A stretch of DNA of 64,000 nt, taken from positions 18,972,001 through 19,036,000 of the forward strand of contig JAGIQG010000020.1 of NCBI GenBank assembly GCA_024679065.1, given 5' to 3'. Positions 38,643-51,764 of the stretch are shown piece by piece. A model generated the notes under the pieces. It did not search any database. It saw only the letters and a list, made by a program, of their open reading frames with translations, and was not told the DNA's origin. Both the position numbers and the translations under genes were made by a program. Each line of letters begins with the position of its first letter. Position 1 is the first letter of the stretch. The stretch is from Sphyrna mokarran (taxonomy: Eukaryota).

Positions 38643-39319
38643 AAAAGACTAGGGCACTTTTCAGTGTGAATTTAGCATCAATGGTTTGTCATTATCACTG
38701 TACATTTTACACTATGGAAGGAGGGATGTTCAATCACATTAGAAATAAGCTACTCCCCACTTCTAATAACCCTGCTCCATTGTATCCTTTGGCAAAGAAA
38801 ACAAGAGAATAAACTGACAAGTTGTCATCTGCCTCACAAGTTCCTACTGAGAGATTTAAATGTCTCTCCTGTGGGTGGCTTCTCTAAATAACCAGTTATC
38901 TTTTCCTCTCAAATGTCAAAAAATAAACAACTCCCAGGACTCCAGTGGCAAGCTGGAATGCTGTGACCTGAATAGCGCAATGTCATCTTCCAAACCCCAG
39001 CTCCATCTCACACAGGCTGGACTTGTCAACATTGTGTTTTACCTGCAAGTGCATTTCAGTCTTTGCCTGGAAAGCAAGGGATTGCTTTTGCCTGCAATGA
39101 TTAGCTGGTGGAAATATCACTTTAGGAAAATGTTGTCCAGGACCCCAAACTCCTGACTAACAAAAGAGATTGGCCCACATGTTCCAGGGTTGGTGAAGCA
39201 AATATAGCTTCAAAAACTGCTGCAGCTTTTACTTCTGTTTGGAGAAAGTGTTTGTTAATTCAGCATTGACGAAATATCAATGTCTGTATGTGTTGGGGAT
39301 GTTGAGTAGGGCTGCCTTT

Positions 39320-40215
39320 GGATAGCACACCTCAGAACCTTAATGCAACCAGTAAAGTACTTTTAAAGCTTAGCCAATGCTGGAATATAGGAAGTGGAGC
39401 AAACAATTTGCACCCAGCTAGATCAACAAACAGCATGCGATATTTTAAAGTGATCCATTTATGGAATGTGAGCATCGCTGGCTGGGCCAATATTTATTGC
39501 CATCTCTAACTGCCCTCCATTTTGGAGGGAATTTAAGTTTTAGCCACATTAGAATCATAGAATCCCTACAGTGCAGAAGGAGGCCATTCAGTCCATCGAA
39601 TCTGCACCGACCACAATCCCACCCAGGTCCTATTCCCACAACTGTACATATTTATCCTGCTAATTCCCTTGACACTCGCGTCAATTTAACATGGCCAATC
39701 AACCCTAATCCTCACACCTTGGACTACATTGCTGTGGTTCTGGAGTCACATGTCAGCCAGACTGAATAAGGACAACAGATTTCCTTCCCTTAAAGGCGTT
39801 AGTGAACCAGATGGGTTGTTCCAACAATCAACAATGGTTTCACAATCATTGTTAGACATTTAAATCCAGATTTTCTTTTTACTGAATTTAAATTTCTCCA
39901 TCCACCATGGTGGGATTTGAATCCAGATCCCCAGATCTTGCCCTGGGTGTCAGGGTTACTAGTTCAGTGATCAGATGCTTCAATGATATTGATTGAAGGA
40001 CACATATTGTTGAGGGCACCAGGGGATGCTTTTGTCTGTTCAATGCTATGGTGTCTTTTAACTCCATCTGAAGGGCAGAAAAGGCTTCAGTCTCATTGAA
40101 GAGATTGTCCTTTGACAGTGCAGCACTCTTTTGGCATCAGTGAAGATGTTACACTCGGACATCCAGAGTGAAGTTTAAAACTAAGATTCTAGCTCAAAAG
40201 AGACCAGAGAGAAAT
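39320..40215 (-). mobile_element. nested SINE cluster: Deu-type SINE > family B SINE > V-SINE tail
   Basis: Deu-like pieces at 39320-39445 and 39972-40215; family B pieces at 39450-39550 and 39728-39970; V-SINE 3' half at 39552-39727. Confidence 0.7.
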
Positions 40216-40269
40216 GGATTTCCATGTCTCACATGACTGTGAGATGTGCATACATAACATTACGAGTCA

Positions 40270-40665
40270 AAGAATGAGAGGGCATTACATTGAAACATAA
40301 AAAATTCTGGCAGGACTGGACAGGCTTGATACAAGGATGTTACTTCCTCTGGCTGGAAGGTCTAAAACAAGGGAGTCACAGTCTCGGGATATGAGTTAGG
40401 CCTTTTAGACTGAGATAATTATTTACTGGGAGGGTAGTAAATCCGTGGAATTCTCTACCACAGAAAGCTGTGCAGGCCAAGCCACTGAATATATTTAAGA
40501 AGGAAATGGATAGATTTCCAGCCTCTAAAGTTGTCAAGGGGTATGGGGTGAGTACTGGACTATGGTGTTATGATAAAGGATCAGCTGTGATCATGTTGAA
40601 TAACAAAGCAAGCTCAAAGGGCTGAACGGCTTACTCATGCTCTTATTCTCTGTGTTTCTGTTTCT
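40270..40665 (+). mobile_element. CR1 LINE 3' end
   Basis: gaatgagagg...ttgaaacataaaaaattct...gtggaattctctaccacagaaagctgtg... Confidence 0.85.
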
Positions 40666-40797
40666 GAGAACACTGCCATCACATTTATTAGCCAATGCCA
40701 CAATGTTGCTTGTAGCTGAATAATGTTTATGCTGTTTTATGCAGTGATTGATCGTTAATTGAAATTTTATTCTGTTCTGGTTTATTCATAAAAGCAG

Positions 40798-41384
40798 TTG
40801 AAGAAGATTGCAATTCGACAGAACATTCTTACAAGAAGTCGTACATAGAAAGCTCCCCTCCAGAGGATGACCCATTTTACAGGTCCTCAAGTTATACCCA
40901 ACAGCAAAGTCTTACTCCTTCTTACAGGACTGACTCAGCACAGCGGCAAGCATGCATGTACGCTGGCTCAACAGCAGACACGGACCCCAGTTCCAGCCTC
41001 GATGACATTAACTGTAACACGTGGGCCACCGTTCCCTCGTACAGCAGCTGCACAGTGACTACAATGCAACCCATGGACAGGCTGCCCTACCAACACTTCT
41101 CAGCACACTTCACATCCAGCCCATTAATGCCTCGCATTTCTGGAGTTGCCAACCACACGTCTCCGCAGATAGGAGACACCCACAACATGTTTCAGCATCA
41201 GAGCTCAGTTTCTCGCCAGCCCATAGTCCGGCCATGTGCCCCTCAAGCTGGCATCCAATCTGCAAGCAATCTTCAACCTGCTGACTACTTGTATCCACAT
41301 GGCATGTCAAGAACCCTCTCACCACATCAATACCACTCAGTACATGGAGTGGGCATAGTGCCCGAATGGACTGAAAACAGCTAA
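40798..41384 (+). CDS. tbx5: tbx5 exon 9, last coding exon (transactivation region)
   Basis: aaagcag| (V)[18 protein letters not shown]...[10 protein letters not shown]...[14 protein letters not shown]...PEWTENS-TAA. Confidence 0.97.
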
Positions 41385-43380
41385 TTCAAAGAACTCTCCA
41401 TTGATCTGACATTCATGAATGTTTGCATTTGTTGAAGTTGGACATTGTTTCAAGTAATATTTAAAAATACTAAAACAGACTGTACTTTTCAAGTGACAAA
41501 ACTTTATATAAAAAATATATTTGAAATATTCCTCCCTCCTTTCTGACACACACACAGACAAACATGTACACACATATGCACACATATACACACATACATG
41601 TATGACACATAAATATATGTACACATATACACTTGTAAAGCGAGCACCGACATGTGTGTATGTACAAACATGTACATGTACACAGATGCATGCATATACA
41701 TAAATACTTGTCCACACAAACACACTTGTGTGCACACACATACATGAATGCAAGCATGCACCCACATTCATACACACATATGTATGCACAGACAGCACAC
41801 ATACACATATACACACACACACACAAACTTGTACACATGCACACATATTTATATGCAGAAATACATACACTTGTACGCAGACACACAAGCACATGCTATT
41901 TATTTAAATGATATTGAAATTGATTATTCACAAGAAAAAAATGGAGCGAAGGGTTCCATCTGGTGGATAACTCTCTGCATTGTATAGTTAATATTTCTGA
42001 GTTGTGAAAGAACATTGCACGATTGTTGTCATACAAATAGAAGAATCATCAGCAAGGTGAATGAAATTTCCTTCTGTTGAACTAGTCTTCCCTTTAAATG
42101 TTGTTGTTGCCATAAACACATGTGGTGCTGTTAAAGAGACCAGAGTAATTAGTGCTGGAAGATTTCTACATGCTGACACGTGCACACGCATACATATCAC
42201 CAAAAGAAGAAAGTATTTACCTCCACTTCTTTGGGTAGTTATCATTAAATTTATTTTGTAATTATTCTGAAGTGTTACCAGAAGTGTTTATAGTGAACTA
42301 TGCCAAGCAAAATGTTTATGAGGCCTTCTGACTTGGAAATTGCACTTTTTATGCAGTTAATGTGACATTTTACTTCACTTACAGCTTTCATATTTCCAAA
42401 ATAAGCACCAGTCAAAACAAACATGAAGAGATACTATACACAGAGCAGTGGTGGAGGATGGAAGAGAATCAAGTCTTCCTACGTCATGAAAGAAATAGCA
42501 ACACGAAGTGACTAAATGCATAAGTAGGAATGTCACATGATAACGCCCTATTCTAATTTATACAAGTTAACATTAAGACCATAAGCAGGAAGCCATAAAA
42601 AGAGAATATTGAATTTAATATTGAAAAAAATTCCACCATTTATCTCAACAACCCTGCTTCATTAGTGTAACAATTGTTGAGAACAAAAATAAATTCTAGA
42701 ATACAATTGGATAGTCATTGTGGACCGTCAAACTGGAATGATATCGAAGACAAGATAATGCTTCAGTGTGTAGATATTTGCCTTTCACATCAGAAGTAAT
42801 TTAGGATGGTGTTACTTGCTTTATTCATAGACAAGACTGGGGAATGTGGGAGAAAGTGCAGCATGTTAACTTCTCGGCCTATTTCCAGATTTAGGAAACA
42901 ATGGGACAACTCAACATAGGTACATGCAAAAATTAATGGATGTAAATAATGGAGAGCCCACAGACATTCTTTGTTTCACGTACAGTAAATGTTTTATACA
43001 GATACCCTATAACTGCTATATATGTATTATATTTTGGTCATGTGATTCTTAGTATCAAAGTTTAGTCTCCACTTTTGAGCAATACAGGTGTTTACATCAT
43101 AAGGCAAAGAATAATATTTTAAGTTATGTATCAAGCAATAAGTAACTGTTTATTCAACATGAACAAAGTGCAGAAATTGCTTGTATTAATTATTAGTGTT
43201 TTTCTGGTCAATAGTATTTATTGTTGGACAACCTAAAAGTGCTTGTTTTTGGAGTATTAAGAATGATTTATTGTTAGAGAAAAGTTGTTATAGAAATGTG
43301 GTTGAAAGTTCTTAGGTGTATAAAAGAGATGAATCAATTATGCTTCATTGTAAATAAAAAAAGTGTATATAGTGAAATGA
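41385..43380 (+). other. tbx5: tbx5 3' UTR (end uncertain)
   Basis: AU-rich, transposon-free sequence after the stop codon; AATAAA at 42688, 43353 and 43973. Confidence 0.6.
41545..41892. repeat. degenerate (CA/TA)n alternating purine-pyrimidine tract in the tbx5 3' UTR
   Basis: Direct read. Confidence 0.93.
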
Positions 43381-45359
43381 AATAACTTCAAATTTTGAGT
43401 GACTTACCTTTTCTCTGGCACCATATTTTAAATCTCTATCTATACAAATAGGGACTTGCCATGAATAGGTTAATTAAGTCAAATACTCATGCCTGTAAAA
43501 TATTGTAAAGATCAAAGCTCATGACCTCAAACATGTATAGAAAATATAGTGAAATCATGTTCATAACATTAAATACAGTTAATATGCAAATATGAATATT
43601 TGCCTTTGTGTTTCTGGGTTCAGGTTGATTCACAAACAGTAGTAATTGTAGTTGTGAATTATAAGAACGAAAGGAAACTAACTATATTTTTTGGAAGTGC
43701 CTTTATATTAAGGTTCTCAATGTTTTTTTTGTTGTAAGCAACTCGCATCGCTAAAACTCTACACCATAACATGCTAATCTTGATTCAAAACTGAGCGCCA
43801 AAAACCCAGAGATGGTTTCATATCAATGTATTCATTGTGTGCTTTTGGCTTGTGTGGTCGGTTGTGTGATAGATTTCTCCTCAGTGAAGGACATTTATAT
43901 AGATTTTACTTTTTAGACTGTAATCAGTTTTGAACTGCATTTTGCTACGAGAAACACAAATATCATACTATAAATAAATAAGTCTTGTCAAAAAGAAATA
44001 CAAACGCAGCCCTTTTAAAATAATCAGTCACAAATATGTAACTAATGTAACATGCAAGATCTCTGTAACTGTTATACAGTCATTTTAAATGCAAACCTAT
44101 CAATGGAAATAATATTTTTATTGATGAATCATGATATAAAATATTATTTGATTAAGCCTAACAATTAACTGATGTGTCAAATTAGTGAAGAACTAAATAT
44201 TTTATGATAGCTATTGCATTATTTGTTAATTATTATTTTTCTTTTTAACTTTCATTAACTTGGAATACTCTACCATTATTATGTAAATTCGATTGGATGA
44301 TAATTGCATTTCTAATTGCCAACAATTTGTAAATCCACAAATGGAGCTGTAGTCACATTTATGCAATTTTGTTAAATGGCTCCAGATCTATACAAAAGTA
44401 ACAATCTAATTATTGCCACCCCAGTCCTCTTCCAAAGGATGTTAGATGTGTTTAATAATGTAGGTTTTGTATTTTCTACAAACCTTTAAGACCTGGTCAT
44501 TAATCATACATAAGAGAATTATAATTGGCTTTGAAAATGCAAGAGCTATAAAAACTGTAGACAAAATATTTATAAAATCACTTCTGCTGTTTTTAAACTT
44601 TGCATTTATTTGCATTAAAAACCCACTCAATACCCCTTTATCCCTTTGTAGTTCCTCCATCCAAAATGGCAAAATTTAAGAAGCAGCATAAATTTATCAC
44701 GATGCGGCATTAGCAGAACACTGAATACTCATTCAAAACTTTAGTGAAATATGTGATTATAAGGGACAAGATGCATGTGCATTCCCTACATGGCAGTAAC
44801 AATTTTCTGCTGCATCTAACACATTTATACAGAAAATTGATGTGTGTCCTGCCCATGAAAATGTACATTTTTGAAATGATCTGTATTCTTCACGAGTAAT
44901 TGTTAGAAATGCAATTGCAAAGGAGAGGTCTAGTTTCTAAATGTGAGATACAGTATAACACTTGACCAAACAAACCTAATGAGAATTGATTTCATTTCTT
45001 CCATGATGATCTGATGCATTTTTTTCCTATTATTCTAGAATTCATGAGTGGTTTCCAGTTCTTCGACATTTACCTTATATTTGCATGTGATATTTAGCAG
45101 CAGATTATTCAACTGTTGAGACTTCTTGATCCTGTGTCTATATACATTGTTTTAATCGTTCCTGGGATAATGACCTGTGAACCATTTTCAAGAGACCAAG
45201 GTAAAATGTTAACATCTCCATGATTGAGGGGAGCAGAAGTCAGAGATTGAAGTCAGAGTTATTTCCGATCTGTATAGTTAAATTAGATAGGTCAGACCAT
45301 CAAAGGAGCCTTAAACATGATTTATTATTCTTACATAACAATTGCTATCTGATCCTGAT

Positions 45360-45480
45360 TGAAAGCAAGAAAAGAAAATAGGCTGGAAAATCTCAGCAAG
45401 TCTGGCAGTATCTGTAAGGAGAGAAGAGAGCTGATGTTCCTTTGTCCTTTTTGACAAAGAGAGCCTTTGTCAAAGCTGAA
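45360..45480. mobile_element. Penelope-like terminal fragment
   Basis: gctggaaaatctcagcaagtctggcagtatctg resembles 8180-8225; short hairpin tttgacaaag...ctttgtcaaa. Confidence 0.5.
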
Positions 45481-45689
45481 AGTAACAATATTGCTCAGCA
45501 CTATCTAATTGCAACTGACATAAATCTAAAGATTCTAAAGTAATTATAATGGCAACAGCTAACAAAGTATGAGCTTTATCAGATTTGAATTATTCTGTAG
45601 TCTTTAATTATTTTCAGTCAATATATTTGTGAAAGTGAGCTGAACTAGATATTTTATTTCTATAATTTTGATGAATCTGCATAAAATAT

Positions 45690-46570
45690 AAACATAGAAA
45701 CATGGAAACACAGAAGATAGGAGCAGCAGGAGGCCACTTGGCTGTTTGAGCCTGCTCCACCATTCATTACAATCATGGCTGATCATCCAACTCAATAACC
45801 TAATCCTACCTTTTCCCCAAAACGTTTGATCCCATTTGTTCCAAATTCTATACCTAGCCACCTCTCGAATACATTCATGATTTTGGCATCAACTATTTTC
45901 TGTGATAATGAATTCCACAGGCTCACCACTCTTTGGGTGAAGACATGTCTCCTCATCTTCATCATAAATGGTTTACCCCAAATCCTGACACTGTGACCCT
46001 TGGTTCTGCATTCCCTCGCCATTGGGAATATTTTCCCTGCATCTAACCTATCAAGTCCTATTAGAATTTTATAAGTCTCTATGACATCCCCTATGACATC
46101 CCCCCTTCATCTGTCTGAACACCAGCAAAAACAATCCTAACCTTGTCAATCTCTCCTTCTTCATGAGTCCCGCCATCTCTGGAATCAGCCTGGTAAACCT
46201 TTGCTGCACTCCCTGGAGAGCAAGAACAACCTTCCTCAGAAAAGGAGACCAAAATTGCACACAGTATTCTCGGTGTGGCTTCATCAAGGCCCTGTATAAT
46301 TTCAACAATACATCCCTGCTCCTGTACTTGAAACATCTCACAATGAAGGCCAACATACCATTTGTCTTCTCTACTGCCTGCTGAATCTGCATGCTTATCT
46401 TCAGTGACTGGTGCACAAGGACACCCAGGTCCCACTGCACACTCCCCTCTCCCAATTTACAACCATTCAGACAGTAATCTGCAAACGTTGACATGTTACA
46501 TTTTGTTCCCTCACCCAAATCATTAATATATATTAGCTGGGGTCCCACCACCAATCCCTTTGGCACCCCA
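45690..46570 (-). mobile_element. CR1 LINE 3' ~880 bp (RT C-terminal part, disrupted)
   Basis: Frames contain SGVPKGLVVGP, YINDL, YCVQFWSP and FTQRVVSLWNSL; (catagaaa) tail. Confidence 0.93.
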
Positions 46571-46739
46571 CTATAATTTTCAAAGAACTTTTCATGATAT
46601 TGAATATTTACTGAGCATTGAAAACCAATTACACAATCATTTTTTGGCACTGCTGAAAGTTTGTGACAACACCAAAAATCATACTATCTCATCATAGAGT
46701 CAAAGTGCCGTCAATACTGGTGGACCTCTGGGCTCTGAT

Positions 46740-47460
46740 ATTGAGTCCTTATGGAAGTTCTTAGCCTACTGCTGCAATTTGTCAAGAAATGACCTCCTAA
46801 TTATTTGCCTGCCCCAGTGAGGATCATGCATGTCCCCCCTCAATGGAAGTTGACATGATGGCCTCGTCAGTGGAATTGTTGCCACTGAGATCTGCTGGAT
46901 GGTTGGGAGCACAGGTGGGCCACCTGGACAATGCCAGTCTGGCACCTTGACACTGCCCACTCGGCATGCTTGCACAGAAAGCTTGGCACTGTAGTGCCAA
47001 GTGGTGGGACCATGATGGGGGCAGCTCCTAAGGGGAGGGGGTGGTGCCATGATGGGTCAAGGTCTAAGGGGAGGAGTTGGGGGTGACGGAGCTGCACACT
47101 CTGCAATCAGGGATTGGCTGGGGCACTGATTGACCATTCCAGGAGGGATATGGGGCATCATTGGCTAGGGGTGGCAGGGGGGTGATTGGTTGAGGTGCAT
47201 ATTGGGATGGGTGCTGGGGTGGGTATTGACTGGGGATAAAGGGGGGTGGTGTTGAGAGGGGTGATTGACTGTGGCAGTGATCAATCAGACCAAGGAGATT
47301 GATTGGCCGGAGAATGGGTGGATAATTGGCAAGGGAGGTCAGTGGTTGAGGGAGTAAGGGTGGGGGCATTATCTACGAGGTGGGGGAACTGACAGATCAT
47401 CAGTGTTTTGTTGCACGGAGGATTGAAGATCTGCACATGTGTGATATCAACCTCTAGTGT
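46740..47460. mobile_element. probable non-autonomous DNA-transposon remnant with G-rich interior
   Basis: GC-rich island with ggca/tgcc repeats and GGG runs in an AT-rich context; termini not established. Confidence 0.3.
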
Positions 47461-47539
47461 GAGCCATTGGCTTTCTGGCAAAGCAGAATACTTTTGAAAA
47501 ATAAGTTTCAATTTTGATGTTGTTATACTTGCATAAGGA

Positions 47540-48610
47540 ATACAAAAATTTAGCATGCAAATACAACAAGCAGTTAGGAAAGCAAATATTATGTTCAACT
47601 TTATGACTAGAAAATTGGAGTACAAGATTGAGGAAGACTTGCTACAATTGTATTGGATTTTGCTGAAATCACATTGTATGCAGTTTTGGTCTCAATATCT
47701 AAAGAAGGATATACTTCCCTCGCAGATGGTAGAGGGAAGGTTCACTAAATTGGTCCTGGGCAGCACAGTGCTGCTGCTTCAGAGTGCCAGGGACCAGGTT
47801 CAATCCCAGCCTTGGGTACTGTCTTTATAGAGTGTGCACATTCTCCCCATGTTTGTATTGGTCTCTTCCGGGTGCTCCAGTTTCCTCCCACAGTGTGTGT
47901 GGATTAGGTTGATTGGCCATGCTAAATTGTCTTTTACTATCAGGAGGATTCACTGAGGAAATATGTGGGGTTATGAGGATAGGTTGTTGTTGGTGCAGGC
48001 TTGATAGGCCAAATGGCCTCCTTCTACACTGTAAGGATTGTACAATTCAATAAAAGGGTTTCCTATGATGAAATCCTGAGTAAATTACAGCGTAGAGTAG
48101 TTACAATCAGAAAGAAGATATTTGCCCATTGTATCTGCAATGGTTCTCTGCAAGAGTACCTAGTGCTATTTCATTGCCTTTCTTGTGTAGCCCTGAAAAC
48201 TTTTCTTCTTCAGATAATGATCCAAGTAATTGGGCTCAGATTCTCTGGAGTTAAAAAGAAGGTGATCTCACAGTAATAAACAAGATTTTCAATGAGCTGG
48301 GCAGGTGACATATTGAGATGCTGTTTGCCTTAACTTGGAAGGGGTTTGAGAGTACAGAGGTTACAGCCTCAGTTTAAGGGGTAAATCATCCAGGACAGAG
48401 ATGAATCTTTGGAATTGTCAATCCAGAGGATTATGGATGTTCCGTTGTTGATTTTTTTGACCTCTCAGACACCCAAGTGAAATAGAGAGTGGGAAGACAA
48501 TTGGAGTTGAGGTAGAAGATCAAGCATGATGACATTGAATAACAGAGCAAATGTGAGGGACCAAGGGACTGGAGAGACAGCTGCTCCTATTTCTTGTATT
48601 CTTATGTTCA
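47540..48610 (+). mobile_element. fragmented CR1 LINE interrupted by a V-SINE
   Basis: MQIQQAVRKAN...QFWSQYLKKDI...RFTKLV frame cut at ~47760; CR1 sequence resumes after ~48050; 3' tail near 48600. Confidence 0.8.
47761..48040 (+). mobile_element. V-domain SINE
   Basis: cagcacagtg...ggttcaatccc...gggtgctccagtttcctcccacag...ggcctccttctacactgtaaggatt. Confidence 0.85.
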
Positions 48611-50514
48611 TTATTAAGCTGTTACAAAATCTATTAAGGCTGTGATATGACTATAAATCCAAGTATTTTTCTTTCATACATATTTAATACAACTTCCTAT
48701 TGTCAACTGTGTCTCCCTATTTTTCCCCATGGCTCCTCTTATAGTTCCATTTAAATTAAAAGATAAATTAACTGTTATATTCTTTTATTTTATTATATTT
48801 TCTGGGTCCCACCATCCAAAAAAAAACATTTTCTGTGAATCTAAGGGCCATTTTTCTAGCCACAATATTTTAAAAATTGACCTAGTTAAGGTTAATGGTT
48901 CCATGCTCAAAGGCCAACCTGAAAATTTGATAATCTTCATACAATCCCAGTCCATTATCATTATAATTCTCTTGCAAAAGAATTGCCAGACCACAGTGAT
49001 GTGGAATCCACTTCCATATACTGATTAGCAATGGATTATGGATCATTTCTAAAACTTACACTTTTTGACTTCAGAATTTATTCTTAACAGTAATTGGCAA
49101 ACACACCTCAAGCAATGGCAAACATTTATTCTTCCTCTCTTGTAATAACTTGTTACATCAACTGCACTTGACACAAAATTACAATATTCACTTCTGATTG
49201 TCTTAATATAGTAAAAATAAAACTTTACCATTATTTCTACCACTCTATAAAGTGTACATTAAATCAATTTGTAAGCGAAGGATTATCATACAGCCACATC
49301 ACAATGCAACAATGTTGTACCATAAATTGTCTTGAAATAAGCCAAAATCACATTGTTGTTTCAGACCTTCAAAACTAGCACAAGTAAACTTGTAAAGATA
49401 GTCAATATATGGTTTACGGTGCATAAAAAGCCATGGAATAAGCCAGTCCTGCTAACTTATTTGCAGTTTTGGCATCCCTTCACATTAGAATAGAACCATT
49501 CATTAACGAAGTTCAATTGTGAATGAGGTCTAGTTGCAAACGCAAGATTACTGCAGCCTTGGGAACAATAAGGCATGGCCGAACTAGTATGTACAAATAC
49601 GATATGAAATAATTCATAATGTTAGTCGTTAAGAATCAATATTCAGCCTAGATTCCATTTAGCCTCAATCATTCTCTGAAACTAGTCAAGAATCCCAACC
49701 GTTTTCTGGTGCTCAACGGCAAATAAATAAGAAGGATTATAGTTGCAAATTTGTATCTCTTGATCCACTCGTAAGTCAGGTTAAGCATTGGATAATGCAT
49801 TGTATGCATTATCCAATGCATACAATGCATTGTCCTCCTATGTCCTCCTAAAGTACTAATATTGACTCTTCGTATTATATATAGTCAACTGGCTATTGCC
49901 CAGGTTAACAAAGGCATTGTGAATTTGAACAAGTGAAATGCAAGTTTGAGTGAAAATATTCTACGTGCAAAAAGATTACATTTCATTGAATATATACCTG
50001 GCAATGTTTGTTTAGGCTTTTGTATCCTTTGCTTACGAGATAACGGAAGCCTAGTTTAGGATTTCCCAGCTGACATTGAGTGCGGAATTTAATTCCTGAC
50101 ACGCCATTCTTGGCAGCGGAAACAGATGTGGGCACCAATTCCGCTTTTGCGTTAGGAGCCGGTATCCTTGTGATTCACATGAAAATTTAAAGGGCCGGTG
50201 ACAGTCTTGTGGAACAACTGTAATTGTGTTCTGGGTGCGGGTTTCCATTTGAGTACTGTACCATCAGGGGATAGTTCAGCAGGTATGGGTGAGCTGTGGA
50301 AGAGCTGTCTGTTCAAGTGAGCAGGCTCTGCATCAAGGTCCCAACTTTCTTGCTCGGCTCTTTGCTGGTCAGAAACCTGAACCATTTGTTCTACATACTC
50401 CTTCACTCCTCAGTCTCCCTCAAACCTCTAGCTTCCTTGCCTCACACCTTATTAATCTTTATTGATCTGCAACCCTCATCATCACCCCTCCGATATTACC
50501 TTGAAATTGTCCGC

Positions 50515-50652
50515 AGAATACATTCATGGGATATGGGCATTGCTGGCAAGGTCAGCACTAATTGCCGATCTCTAATTGCCCTCAAGAAGGTGGCGGTGAG
50601 CTGTAGATACACCCATATGCTGTAGGCACACCCACAATGCTGTTAGGGAGCA
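50515..50652 (-). mobile_element. SINE/LINE 3' tail fragment
   Basis: cattcatgggatatgggcattgctggc... also found at 51768-51915. Confidence 0.65.
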
Positions 50653-50684
50653 GTATTAGCACCCAACAAAAGCATTGACGGAGA

Positions 50685-50924
50685 TTGGCCCCACAGTTCA
50701 GTGATACCTACATGAAGATTTTACTCCTGGTTTTCAAGCAACATTGGCTAGTGTTCATCCACAGCAATATAACAGCGGACCCCGCTCGCCTGACCAAGTC
50801 AGGCTGGACGCAGATTACGGAACAGGTTAGCAAATGTGGTGTTTGCCAAAGTTCCTGGCTCAGTTATTGGGGAAGGGTCAATGATTTCCTTCGATCCGAT
50901 CGGATGACTGTCACGATGATATGA
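50685..50924 (+). mobile_element. PIF/Harbinger Myb/SANT-like ORF remnant
   Basis: APQFSD...LL...W..I...VS..GV...SW.....RVNDFLR resembles the tri-helix Myb/SANT domain of Harbinger accessory proteins. Confidence 0.6.
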
Positions 50925-51764
50925 GGGTTGACTATAATTTGGGGATCAGACTATTTGTTTGTGTGACTATTCAGTCAGGTTAAGCAGGTGAGGGTTTGAT
51001 TAGTCCAGGATCACATAGCATTGGAGGCCAAAGTAGGTGAGAGTTTGGCTTGAATGCGCGATTGAATATAGCATAACACACCGGTGGGCCGGTCCATGTG
51101 GTGGTTGTTGTGGCGGAGACGGTACTGGTGGTGGTTAGGGGCGGGGAGGGGGTGGTGGTGGCAGTGTGTGCATGCTGACAACGGGATGAATTAATACTTG
51201 TCAAGCCGCTAAAGCTGCAGTTTCTCCTGCAGGATAAGCAGATCCGTAATCTGTAAGTAGGACCTGACAATACAAATACAAATATGGTTGTATTGTTATT
51301 TTATTTATAAAGAAATAGGAGCTGATAGATATGAAAATGTGTCCACAGTGCCATACTTGCTGTAGTCAGGTTCAATCAACAATCTATCACTCCACCAATC
51401 GCACAGTGTGCTGTAAGAAATACACTTGCTAAAACTCCAGTATTTGTGTCTAAAGTGTGATATATTCCAAACATCTAACGACCAGGAGCATAACAATATA
51501 TAGATATAAAAGCCTTGGCAGAACTAACTTGTGTTTCGATATGTAGCAAACAAAAGAGCCTCGGGTTTCTTTAGCCCCATGTGAACAAACTTCCTTTGAG
51601 AGATTTAATTTATTTTCAATTTCCATTTTTCCCACAGCTGATAAATGACCATGATACGAGTTCCCGAAGCAATATATTTATAGAGACAGCTTCCTGCAGC
51701 CACACAGGATTTATCACTAACATTTGATAATCAATTATCAAACAATTTTAGTTCTTTTAAAAAG

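Noticed and set aside
41337-41987. Cys/Val- and His/Thr-rich ORFs on both strands
   Set aside because: They come from the 3' UTR microsatellite.
46069-46650. 193-aa ORF as a host gene
   Set aside because: It is a CR1 reverse-transcriptase remnant with deletions, and the catalytic motif is degraded (FADY).
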